Source: an uncultured Chthonomonadaceae bacterium (lineage in GTDB: Bacteria > Armatimonadota > Chthonomonadetes > Chthonomonadales > Chthonomonadaceae). From it: a DNA stretch of 64,000 nt. The notes beneath the pieces were generated by a model, which was given only the letters and a program-made list of their open reading frames with translations, was not told the origin of the DNA and did not search any database. How positions within the stretch are numbered: position 1 is the stretch's first letter; each line of letters starts with the position of its first letter. The translations under genes and the position numbers were made by a program. The stretch is from assembly GCA_963835065.1 (NCBI GenBank), contig CAWIEK010000049.1:256001-320000 (forward strand). The letters are read 5' to 3'. Below, piece after piece: positions 1 to 9,329 of this stretch.

Positions 1-266
1 TGTTCCCGGCGGATGTGCTGGAACAGGCGCAGGTAGGTGTCCATTACGACGGCGACTTCCTGCTCGGTTGTGACGCTTTCGCCTAAGAAGTCAAGCGAAG
101 CGGTTAAGCCCAAACGGTTGAGGATGCGTACCGGGTCGGTTGTCTGCTCGATGGTTTCACCGGCAATAAAGCGTTTTGCCATCCCGGCGGCCTGCGAATT
201 GTGACGGGCAAAGGATTCGATAGATTTGTTGTTCGCCATTTGCAGCAGAACCGAACGGGCAAGCAT
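1..266 (-). CDS. Proline dehydrogenase family protein (5' part; runs off window edge)
   Basis: Own translation: MLARSVLLQMANNKSIESFARHNSQAAGMAKRFIAGETIEQ...LGLTASLDFLGESV; RFIAGE and LDxLGE are ProDH motifs; GGAGG SD upstream. Confidence 0.85.
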   Translation of the reverse strand, partial: MLARSVLLQMANNKSIESFARHNSQAAGMAKRFIAGETIEQTTDPVRILNRLGLTASLDFLGESVTTEQEVAVVMDTYLRLFQHIRRE

Positions 267-389
267 AAGTATCCTCCAACAATGCGTTACTGAACGCGCC
301 TGACAAGCAGGCTGTTTGCGCGGGCGAGTTTCAACGCGGCACTGATTATTGGTACGCAATTCGGGGTTCACAGGTTGCCGAGCGTAAGG

Positions 390-1491
390 ATGAAAACAGT
401 GAATTCAATTTATGATTTGGATACGCCGACCCTGCTGGTTGATCTGGATCGGCTGGAAGCGAACATCGGGGATATGGCGCGGGCGGCGCAAAGGGGCGGC
501 AAGAATTTGCGTCCGCATACGAAAACGCATAAGACGCCGGAAATTGCGCGGATGCAATTGAAAGCGGGGGCGCGGGGAATCACGACGGCGAAACTGGGCG
601 AGGCGGAAGTTTATGTGGCAGCGGGTTTTGAGGACATTTTTATTGCCAATGAGATTGTCGGCGCATTGAAATATGCGCGGTTGGCTGCGTTGCTGCGGCG
701 GGCGCGGATTGTGGCGGCAACGGATAGTTTGGACGTGGCGCGGCCTTTAGCGCCAGGCGATGCAGGCGGCGGGGGTAACGCTGCCCATGCGAATTGAAAT
801 AGATTCGGGACATGGCCGGGCGGGTGTGGCAGCGATGGAGGAAGCCTGCGAACTGGCGCGTTTCATTGCGGATGCGCCCGGACTGGAGTTACAGGGGATA
901 TTTACGCACGAGGGGCAGGTATACGGCGCAGTCAATGACGAGGAGCGGGGCAGGCTTGCGCAAAAGGCGGCGGCGCGGATGCGGGAAGTGGCGGAAGCGT
1001 TGCGGGCGCAGGGAACGCCGGTTGTGGACATAAGTATGGGGTCTACGCCGGGAGCCATTTTCCTGCCGGATGAAGCGGGTGTTACAGAGATGCGTCCGGG
1101 CGTATATGTCTTTAATGACCGGATGCAGGTAAGTTATGGGGCGCAAAAGGAGAAATGTGCGCTGACGGTGTTGGCAACGGTAGTCAGCGTTCGGGCGGGT
1201 GGGAGGCTGGTGCTTGACGCGGGCAGCAAATCGCTGGCGAGTGACCGCCCGTTTGCAGACGGCACGTTCGGGGAAGTGTTGGAACATCCTGAATTAACGT
1301 TTACGGGCGCAAGCGAGGAGCATGGGCAGGTGACGAGTACCGGCGAATGCAATTTGAAAGTAGGAGATAAGGTGCGGATTGTGCCGAACCATGCCTGTAC
1401 CTGCGTCAACATGCACGATACGCTGACCGCCTTTCGAGGAGAACAGGTGGAAGCGGTCTGGAATGTCGCGGCGCGGGGCAAAGTACGGTAA
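390..1491 (+). CDS. D-threonine aldolase / DSD1-family PLP enzyme (alanine-racemase fold), split by a +1 frameshift near 752
   Basis: TPTLLVD, RPHTKTHK (PLP Lys), RPGVYVFND, DAGSKSL, SEEHG, PNHAC motifs across ORFs 375-797 and 760-1491. Confidence 0.85.
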
Positions 1492-1500
1492 ATTGAAGTT

Positions 1501-1531
1501 AGCCGCAAATACACGCGAATGGACGCAAATA
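1501..1531. repeat. Degenerate 10-mer tandem repeat after the stop codon
   Basis: agccgcaaat acacgcgaat ggacgcaaat. Confidence 0.5.
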
Positions 1532-1683
1532 GTTTAACCGTGTGAATGTGAGTGGAACATTGTGCATAGCAATCTGCATAGAAGGCTAACACGCAACTTT
1601 TAGAAGCGCTGGACTGTCGTTGAACGATACAAGGCAGTTATGTTCATGTTGTTTTCCATTTTGATTGAGGAGAGATGTGGGTT

Positions 1684-3448
1684 ATGAAGGCGTCCCAATT
1701 GTTTATGCCGACCCTGCGCGACGTTCCCAAAGACGCGGAACTGAAAAGCCATCAGCTGTTGCTGCGGGGCGGGTTTGTGCGGAATGTGGCGGCAGGCGTG
1801 TACTCGTACCTGCCGCTTGGCTGGCGGGTGCATGAAAAGATCGCGCAAATCGTGCGAGAAGAGGTAAATGCGTTCGGCGGGCAGGAGATACACATGCCCG
1901 TGCTGGTTCCCAAAGAACTGCTGGATGAAACGGGGCGGTCTGCCGTGCCCGTTTTGTTTGCCTTGAAGGACAAGAACAAGCGCGACTTCTTTCTTGGGCT
2001 TCACGCATGAGGAAGTGGTCACGGACATTGCGCGGGGCACGGTCAGTTCGTGGAAACACATGCCGCTTTACCTGTACCAGATACAGACAAAGGAGCGGGA
2101 CGAACCCCGTCCACGCGGCGGGCTGATTCGTGGCCGCGAGTTCACGATGTTCGACGGCTATTCTTTCGACAGCAGCGACGAGAACCTGAGCGTGATTTAC
2201 CGCGCCAATTACCGCGCTTATGAGCGTATTTTTCAGCGCTGCGGGCTGGAGTATCTGGCGGTGGAAGCCGATCCCGGCGCGATTGGCGGCAGCGAAAACC
2301 ACGAGTTCATGGTGCTGACGGAAAGCGGCGAAGACACGGTTCTGCGCTGCGATACCTGCACGTATGCGGCCAACGCGGAACGGGCGGAAGTTCCCGCAAA
2401 TGATGAACGCGGAGTGATGAATGATGAGCAGGATGCTAATTCATCACTCATCACTCATCACTCATCACTAGTCTCAACGCCGGGAGCGCATACGGTGGAG
2501 CAGGTGGCGGCGTTTTTGAAGGTGGATGTGACGGAAATACTGAAGACCATTATTGCGCTTGCGGATGGGAAGCCGGTGGCGGCGCTGGTGCGGGGGGATC
2601 GAGAACTGAACCTGCCCAAGTTCGCGCGGTTTGTAGGCGCGAAAGAGGTGGTGCTGGCGGACGCGGCGACGGTGATGCGGGTGACGGGCGCTCCGGTCGG
2701 GTTTGCGGGGCCGGTGGGACTGGCGGAAGCGGTTCCGATTTACGCGGATAATGAGATCGCCGAGGGAACCGGCTACGTGGTGGGCGCGAATGAGGCGGAC
2801 GCGCACCGAACGGGAGTGGTGTTGGGACAGGATTTCACCCCTGCGGCGCGTGGGGATATTCGCACGGCGGTTGCGGGAGATCTGTGCCCGCGCTGCGACA
2901 CGGGCCATCTCACGGATGCGCGCGGAATCGAAGTCGGTCATATCTTCAAGTTGGGCACAAAGTACAGCAAGGATATGAACGCCCTTTACCAAAACGAAGC
3001 GGGAGAAAAGCATCCGATCATCATGGGCTGTTACGGTTTGGGCGTCAGCCGGACGATGGCGGCGGCAATCGAAGCGCACAATGATGAAAACGGCATGGTA
3101 TGGCCGATCAACATTGCCCCGTTTGAAGTAGCGATTGTGGTCGCCAACATCAAGGATGAACTGCAAATCAACGCGGCGCGGGAGTTGTATGGCAGCCTGA
3201 AAGCGCAGGGCGTGGATGCGTTGCTGGATGACCGCGAGGAACGGGTTGGCGTGAAGTTCAAGGACATGGACCTGATTGGCGTCCCGATTCAGGTTGTGGT
3301 AGGCAAGGGGTTGGCAGAGGGAAATGTCGAGGTCGGTTTGCGGCGAAGCAAGGAAGCGCGGGCCATCGTGCCGGCTGTAAGCGCGGCAACCTACATCGTG
3401 AATCTGGTCGGGGAAGAAAAGGCGCGACTGCGCCCTGCCGACGCCTGA
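1684..3448 (+). CDS. proS: Proline--tRNA ligase with INS editing domain; +1 frameshift near 1995
   Basis: [71 protein letters not shown]. Confidence 0.97.
2401..2468. repeat. In-frame heptamer fold-back element in proS: (TGATGAR)n ... (TCATCAC)4
   Basis: Read directly; encodes [24 protein letters not shown]. Confidence 0.85.
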
Positions 3449-3485
3449 GCCGGGTATTAAGAACCTATTCCAACAGGCGCGGCAG

Positions 3486-3572
3486 TTGCGTCCTGCGGAC
3501 GCAAATCTGTAAGAAGATTCTCGCGTCCGTAGGACGCTTGCACTTTCCTGCCGGGGATTTTCAATCCCCGGC
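3486..3572. repeat. REP-like palindrome cluster
   Basis: gcgtcc-tgc-ggacgc and near-inverted copy gcgtcc-gta-ggacgc, plus gccggggatt-ttc-aatccccggc. Confidence 0.6.
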
Positions 3573-3655
3573 CAGTATTTCACAGCAAGCGTTTTCATTA
3601 CCTGCCGGGTGCTGTGGGTAAGATTCATGCCCACGTATATTAATGTTAAGGAAGA

Positions 3656-3754
3656 GCGGGCCGCGTTGCGGCCCGCAATTTTTTCAGGGGCGTACGCCCC
3701 TGAAAAAATTGCGCTTTAGGAGCATCATTCTGTCAACTATACATTATCGGACGT
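3656..3754 (-). repeat. Composite palindrome / XerC-arm-like element, copy A
   Basis: Hairpin 3656-3676, perfect 40-bp palindrome 3674-3713, TTATCGGACGT 3744-3754. Confidence 0.85.
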
Positions 3755-4027
3755 ATCTCTGAGCGATTTTAGCGTTTACTTACTCAAGAAGGAAGGCTCA
3801 AGAAGGAAAGAAGGAAAGGAGGTGTAACAAAATGCCTGTCTATATCCGCCCGCCCTGACGCTGCTGAGGTCACGACGCCTCACCCCTACAATCTGACACA
3901 ACGAGACCTCGTGCTGGAAGCGCTGTATTGCCAAGATTTCGACGATCTCTCTACATACTTTTTCTCTACATACCCTTTCCCAACACTACCAGGACTTCCG
4001 CTTGGCACAGGTCAAGTTTCGATGCTG

Positions 4028-5944
4028 TTACTGAGCGAAATTCACTTTGTAGACGTCGGCGTCTTCATTCGAGTGTACCAATTCGAGATAGGGGGGAACG
4101 GAAATTGGATCACTCAGTACGGGATGAAAGGGAAAGTTGGTATCCTGTGTCAGATGCTTTTGCGAAAAAACCACGTATTGAACGCGCATTTCTTTAAGCA
4201 GTTGGGCGCGGATTTCATCGGGAACCGCGGGGTTTGTGATACGAATCAACTTTTGGAGTTTGTCCCCATAGTCGGGTGTTTCGCCCCAGTGCCCGCAATA
4301 CACGCTGCGATGGATCAGGCCGGGCGTGAAACAGGCGAGCGTCATGTCTGCCGGAGCCAAACGGTGTTCGCCGATGCGCAGTACCCAGGGCAGGGGCTGA
4401 ATGGCGGTTCCGGCAGGCGTGTTGGTTTCTATCCAGCGAAGCGCTTCCAGTTCGCCGGGATTTAGGTAGGGACGTTGCCCGGACTGCGCGCGATTGTTCT
4501 GGTAGTTGGTGAGTTCGCGGACGACGAAACGCGCGTTTGTCAGAGCCAGCACGAGGAGGATAATGCCTGCTACAAGATTGACGCTGCGAATTTGACGGCG
4601 GAAAGCGGGATGAGTCAGGAGGCAGGCCAGCCCACAGCCTGCAAGAATGGCGATAGGGAAATGCGCTCCTTGCAGCATTTTTCTTTGAAAGGGAAATTTG
4701 GATACGGGCAGGTAAGAAACTAGAATGTTGATTACAGCCCACACAGCCAGCAGGCGCAATGCGGCTTTGCTAAGGGCAGGGGGATTTTTCGCATCAGATG
4801 AGATTGTAGCAGGTGAGGGTGTGGCGGGCGTGGCTGTTTCTTCAATGGCGTGAATTTGATTGTGTATTTTGGCTTGCTTCAGGGCTTGATAAACTCCGTA
4901 AATAGCCAGTGCCAGCGTCAAACCGTAGCCCATGATAACCCACAGTGGCAATGCGGAAGCGGTAACGACATTGGCGCGTTTGAGGAAGGTGGCTTCGGTT
5001 TGCAGTTGGTAGTAGATATAGGCGACAGCCGGGGCGGTACAAACTCCGGCGACCAACGCTTGCAGCAAGGTTCGCATTGCAGGGTTCGTTCTGATGGCCG
5101 CTTCCCCGGCAACATTGTCGGCGCTAATTTTAGCGCTTTGAAGATTTGACAGTAATGAACAGCAAAGATAGACGATCCAGACGGCTCCGACGCTGAGAAC
5201 ATCGTAGGTATGAGTCAGCCCCAGGACAAAGCCGCACAAGCCCGCGCCAACGGCATAGCGCATCCGTCCGGTTTGTTCGCCTTTGAACAGCAACAGCAGC
5301 GCGCCAATCTGGAGGGCCAGGGAAAAACAAAACAGGGGACTGAGAAGCAGCGACAGAAAGGTAATCGCTTCCGGCTGCCAGAAGTCAATGGGACCGGCGG
5401 GAGTGCCGGAAGTGGGAAACGCTTCCCAGGGCAACGGCAGCCAGCCCAATCCAGATGCAAAGCAGACGCAAAGCAATGCCCAACGCCGAACGGAGGGCTG
5501 CGAGATCGTTGTTCGCAGAAATTCCCAAACTACCATAATCAAGATGACGCCAAAGCCCAAACGAGCAAGGTGATACACGGCAAGAAGCGGCAAATGGGTA
5601 AGACGCGCTATCCAGCCAAGCGCGAGAAAGAGGGGGTTGAGCAGCGTTCCTGATTGCGCATCGGTGGTGAAAAGGTTGAGCGCGCGGAAGGAACCGCCTG
5701 CCGCCTGCCGCATCCAGGACAGATACACGCAACTGTCATCAAGATTGTAGCCGAGCCACATGAACTGCCTGCCCTGCGCCCCCATCCAGCCGATGAGATA
5801 GGGAACCAGCGTCAGCAGCATGGTAAGCAACGCTACCCACAATGCCCAACGGCGTTCCCTGCTGTCGGTGTTCAGGTGTTTGGTGTTCGGGTATTCGGGG
5901 GGAGAGGAGTTGGGCGTTTCCCTGCTTTGCGTTGTATCGGTCAC
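4028..5944 (-). CDS. Polytopic membrane protein, probable GT-C-fold glycosyltransferase
   Basis: Many TM segments; DDSCVYLSW acidic motif after TM1; H-x-YD; soluble C-terminal domain. Confidence 0.6.
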   Translation of the reverse strand: MTDTTQSRETPNSSPPEYPNTKHLNTDSRERRWALWVALLTMLLTLVPYLIGWMGAQGRQFMWLGYNLDDSCVYLSWMRQAAGGSFRALNLFTTDAQSGTLLNPLFLALGWIARLTHLPLLAVYHLARLGFGVILIMVVWEFLRTTISQPSVRRWALLCVCFASGLGWLPLPWEAFPTSGTPAGPIDFWQPEAITFLSLLLSPLFCFSLALQIGALLLLFKGEQTGRMRYAVGAGLCGFVLGLTHTYDVLSVGAVWIVYLCCSLLSNLQSAKISADNVAGEAAIRTNPAMRTLLQALVAGVCTAPAVAYIYYQLQTEATFLKRANVVTASALPLWVIMGYGLTLALAIYGVYQALKQAKIHNQIHAIEETATPATPSPATISSDAKNPPALSKAALRLLAVWAVINILVSYLPVSKFPFQRKMLQGAHFPIAILAGCGLACLLTHPAFRRQIRSVNLVAGIILLVLALTNARFVVRELTNYQNNRAQSGQRPYLNPGELEALRWIETNTPAGTAIQPLPWVLRIGEHRLAPADMTLACFTPGLIHRSVYCGHWGETPDYGDKLQKLIRITNPAVPDEIRAQLLKEMRVQYVVFSQKHLTQDTNFPFHPVLSDPISVPPYLELVHSNEDADVYKVNFAQ

Positions 5945-7083
5945 GAAGGCTGTTTCTCCTGCGCATGTTTGGAAGCGGCAACCAGCGCTCTAGATAAGGA
6001 CGCAAGGCTTTCAATTTCGGATTTGCCGCTTAAGACACCGATTTCAAGGTCGTAATGACGCTGTTCGCCGGGTTCAAGGGACTGGAGCGTACCCGCTTCG
6101 CGTTCCGCCGCGCGGCCCATGACGAGGCAGTTGGCAGGCTCCATTCCCACCACGTAAGTTCCCGCATCCATCATTTTCCACTCAATAAAGCGAGGCAGTT
6201 GGGCAGGTTGGTAGGTGCAGTAAACGCCAAATCCCGGCCCATCACTGCCACCGCTGTCGGCTATGGCATCTGCGATGGCTGCCGTTACCTGGCCGTTGGA
6301 ATTGGCGGCGAACTCGTGGAAGTACACTTGTTCCCGAAAGCCTGCCTGGGGTGGTTGAAAGCCGGCAAAATGGTCTTTGCCTTCCTCCGCATCGGCGTCG
6401 CGCGGCGTGGCGGAAAGGGTAGGGGCAATCAGGCGGGCGGCATCGTTGACAGCGGGAAAGCCGATGTTGATGTGATACAGCATCATGTGTTCGGTTCGTT
6501 TTGCGCCCATGTTTTCTACCGTATCGCGCAGGAACAGGCGCTTTTCACCGAGTCGGGCCGTTATTGTGCGCGTAAGCTGCAAGTTTGCGCCGAACACAGT
6601 GGCTTCGCGCATTTTACCGGAAATGGTGAGCAGGTAATCGTCTCCTTCCCAATGGCCGTCCCAGGCGACATTGGTAGCGGGAATGTTGCTGATACGCCCG
6701 TGCAGGCCATACTGCTGCCCCTGATCTTCGCCGTTGGCTCCGGCGTATGTCAGGCCGCAAGTGACGACAAGGCCACCATAAAATCCGCGCAGCCAGCCGC
6801 GCCCACCTTCGCCTTCGTGATCGAAATACGCGGGGTGCGTGTCCGTTGTTGCCGACCTCCAGGCAAGGGAGCGTCCATTGTAGTGGGCGGAAGAAATATC
6901 CAGGCCGCGAGAAGCCAGAACCGTAAAGTCCAACCCGCCGCCCGTAGAAACATCCAGAGCGAAAACGCCGTCTTCCAGCCCTTCCACAAGCCGGTAGGGT
7001 TTGATGCGGGCGATCTGGCTGATGTCGCCCACTCTGGCGAGAAGTTCCGAACGCGAGAAAGAGCGCCCGTAAAGTAGTGCCAT
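5941..7083 (-). CDS. DUF4432 / aldose 1-epimerase-like protein
   Basis: RGLDI, GLVVTCGL, LHGRISN, LYHINIGFP, YVVGMEPAN. Confidence 0.85.
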   Translation of the reverse strand: MALLYGRSFSRSELLARVGDISQIARIKPYRLVEGLEDGVFALDVSTGGGLDFTVLASRGLDISSAHYNGRSLAWRSATTDTHPAYFDHEGEGGRGWLRGFYGGLVVTCGLTYAGANGEDQGQQYGLHGRISNIPATNVAWDGHWEGDDYLLTISGKMREATVFGANLQLTRTITARLGEKRLFLRDTVENMGAKRTEHMMLYHINIGFPAVNDAARLIAPTLSATPRDADAEEGKDHFAGFQPPQAGFREQVYFHEFAANSNGQVTAAIADAIADSGGSDGPGFGVYCTYQPAQLPRFIEWKMMDAGTYVVGMEPANCLVMGRAAEREAGTLQSLEPGEQRHYDLEIGVLSGKSEIESLASLSRALVAASKHAQEKQPS

Positions 7084-7102
7084 GAAAACTCCTGTTTAAG
7101 CA

Positions 7103-7132
7103 GTTGATAGTTGATAGTTCGTAGTTGATAGA
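7103..7132. repeat. (AGTTGAT)n heptamer array
   Basis: agttgatagttgatagttcgtagttgatag; the same string occurs near 62263. Confidence 0.8.
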
Positions 7133-7477
7133 GATTCGATTTCTGCAAACTATCAGCGCCTCGCTGCTTCGTAAAAATGGTTTGAGTATTATGGATGTTG
7201 GGCATACGCTGGTTATATTCCTTCCTGTGTTCTTGGAAGCAGCCTCCAATTGTGTCACATAAGCATGGGAAAAGCGTTGGGTGAGGAGGACGAAAGAATG
7301 TATTCACGCGGGAATGACCGTACAAGCAGTGATTAGGGAACCGGGCGGGGCGGTATTTCGTCCTATTGGCGATGTATTCCGCCAACGGTTAGCAGTTACA
7401 AAGCGGCAAGCACAGGACACAATGCCCTGTGAGAGTAGGTCTGCTTGTTGGACAGGCAGGTTTGCGGAGAGAGAACC

Positions 7478-8866
7478 ATGAAACACAATCGAATAAACAA
7501 GTATGCCATCGGATTAGCAGCGCTGTGTTCGCTGATGTCGTGGGGCAGTATCATGGGCGCGTCGGCACAGGTACGGGCGGCGGCACAAACGCGAACCATC
7601 GCGCTGGAAGCGGGTTCCGTTATTCCCGTCAAACTGGATGACGCGCTGAGTTCCAAGAATTCGCGCAAGGGCGATACGTTCACGGCGACCATTCGCAACG
7701 ATACCGATACGGATTATTATCGGCTGCCTGCGGGAACGCGGGTGGAAGGCGTTGTGCGGGACGTGCGTTCGCAGAAAGACAAAGATCCCGGTGTGCTGGA
7801 CCTGGACTTTCGGCGGCTGCGGTTCCCGGATGGCAAGTCGTATGCCATTGAAGGATCACTTATTGGATTGGACAACAAGAGCGTGGAAAAGCGCTCGGAT
7901 GGCCGCCTGGTTGCCAAGCCGGGACATTCGACGGATCGCCTGACCTACGTGGGCTACGGCGCGGGAGCCGGCTTGATTGTGGGATTACTGACGAAGCATG
8001 GCATAGAAGATACAGTGCTTGGCGGCGGGCTGGGGTATTTGTTCGGTTCGCTTCAAAAGGGCGGGTCGCAGCCTCGTGATGTATCGCTGAAGCAGGGAAC
8101 GGAACTTGGCGTTCGCATGGATAAGGCGGTCTCCCTGGCGAGCTACAGCAGTCAAGACGATTTCAACAATCGTAATCGCGCTGATGGCAGCCGTAACCCG
8201 AACATCAATAGCCAAAACCAGAATGACGATGTTCGTAATCATCGCGCAGACGGCAATGGCAGCGACAGCAATTCGCGTTATCGCCGGGACGATCAGGGCA
8301 ATACTACCGACACCCGGAACAATCGCCCGGATGATCGCGGCAATCGTGGCAATCAGGATGGCCGGGACATCGCTGCGGATCGGGATCGGGGCAACAGTTC
8401 GGACATCGGCATGATGATCGGGGATCGGAATGTGACTTTCGCGTCCACTGCGCGTCCGTTCCTTTCGAAGGGTGTGGTTATGCTTCCGGTGCGCCCCGTG
8501 CTGGATGCCGCGCATATCCCGTTCACCTATGACGCGCCAAGTCAGCAGGTGCGGGCGACGGGGGATGGCGGCAGAGTCCGCTTGGCGCTCAACAGTTCCA
8601 TTGCCGTTGTGGATGGAAACCGGCGCGTCAATCTGGGTGCGCCCGCGCAGCGATTGAACGGAACGCTGTACGTTCCCATGCGCTTCTTCGGCCTGGTAAC
8701 GGGCAACGAAGCCACTTACGATGCGGGCAGCCGTACGGTGGTGATGAACCCCCGCGACAGCGGCGATAACAACCGGCGCAGCCGCGACGACAATGGCCGC
8801 AACCGGGATGACAACCGCCCCAATCGGGACGATAATGGGCGCAGCCGCGATAATGGCGGAAACTAA
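7478..8866 (+). CDS. Secreted protein: beta-rich N-domain with glycine zipper, D/N/R-rich linker, copper-amine-oxidase N-terminal-like (stalk) domain
   Basis: Signal peptide; VKLDDALSSK..GDTFTA; GAGAGLIVG..LGGGLG; MLPVRP..NGTLYVPMRF; DDNGRNR repeats. Confidence 0.7.
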   Translation: MKHNRINKYAIGLAALCSLMSWGSIMGASAQVRAAAQTRTIALEAGSVIPVKLDDALSSKNSRKGDTFTATIRNDTDTDYYRLPAGTRVEGVVRDVRSQKDKDPGVLDLDFRRLRFPDGKSYAIEGSLIGLDNKSVEKRSDGRLVAKPGHSTDRLTYVGYGAGAGLIVGLLTKHGIEDTVLGGGLGYLFGSLQKGGSQPRDVSLKQGTELGVRMDKAVSLASYSSQDDFNNRNRADGSRNPNINSQNQNDDVRNHRADGNGSDSNSRYRRDDQGNTTDTRNNRPDDRGNRGNQDGRDIAADRDRGNSSDIGMMIGDRNVTFASTARPFLSKGVVMLPVRPVLDAAHIPFTYDAPSQQVRATGDGGRVRLALNSSIAVVDGNRRVNLGAPAQRLNGTLYVPMRFFGLVTGNEATYDAGSRTVVMNPRDSGDNNRRSRDDNGRNRDDNRPNRDDNGRSRDNGGN

Positions 8867-8867
8867 A

Positions 8868-8925
8868 TAGTTGATAGTTGATAGTTGATAGTTTGTAGTT
8901 GATAGGGAGGCAGGAACTTCGCGCT
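8868..8925. repeat. (AGTTGAT)n array plus GGGAGGCAGGAAC tail
   Basis: agttgatagggaggcaggaac is shared with the copy at 21662-21725. Confidence 0.8.
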
Positions 8926-8971
8926 TTCACCTCTTCCTTGCTTACTACACTGATGCCAAAGATGCAGGATG

Positions 8972-9005
8972 AGAAGCCCCAACGCAAATTGTGTTTGGGC
9001 TTCTT
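8972..9005 (+). terminator. Probable intrinsic terminator
   Basis: agaagccc...gggcttct stem after the 7478-8866 gene. Confidence 0.5.
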
Positions 9006-9017
9006 GTCGTTTGCCTC

Positions 9018-9046
9018 TTGCAATCCTGTTAAGTATGGTGTATAAT
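9018..9046 (+). promoter_or_regulatory. Sigma70-type promoter for tRNA-Ala
   Basis: TTGCAA-N17-TATAAT. Confidence 0.75.
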
Positions 9047-9097
9047 AGCAGGTGTCGTTCCCAAGACGATAACCATTCTTATGCGAAATAGTGATGC

Positions 9098-9170
9098 GGG
9101 GCTGTAGCTCAGTTGGGAGAGCGCTTCAATGGCATTGAAGAGGTCAGGAGTTCGAGCCTCCTCTGCTCCA
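9098..9170 (+). tRNA. tRNA-Ala(GGC); CCA not encoded
   Basis: Cloverleaf GGGGCTG..CTTCA-ATGGCAT-TGAAG..TTCGAGC..; G3:U70 and A73. Confidence 0.97.
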
Positions 9171-9173
9171 TCC

Positions 9174-9216
9174 GCGAAAGGCGCGACGCTCAGACGTCGC
9201 GCCTTTCGCTTTTTTC
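9174..9216 (+). terminator. Rho-independent terminator after tRNA
   Basis: gcgaaaggcgcgacg-ctcaga-cgtcgcgcctttcgc followed by a T run. Confidence 0.85.
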
Positions 9217-9329
9217 CGTGATAATTCCACAACCACAAGGAAACTATGCCCGCATTGGTGAATAGTGGGAAGGCAGTTGGTTCAACCCTGCTGACATCAG
9301 AGTGACGTGAGGAAAGGAATCGCATCCCG

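Noticed and set aside
1980..2010. Programmed frameshift or pseudogenisation of proS
   Set aside because: It is one of six or seven same-sign single-base insertions with no slippery site; assembly error is more parsimonious.
2474..3634. Long antisense ORFs (also 6055-7077, 32881-33747, 52643-53734 and others)
   Set aside because: Shadows of well-supported genes in GC-rich DNA, with no motifs of their own.
3627..3650. gtatattaatgttaag as a XerD arm that folds with copy A like the CTX attP
   Set aside because: It needs an indel to match, pairs poorly with 3727-3754, and has no counterpart in copies B or C.
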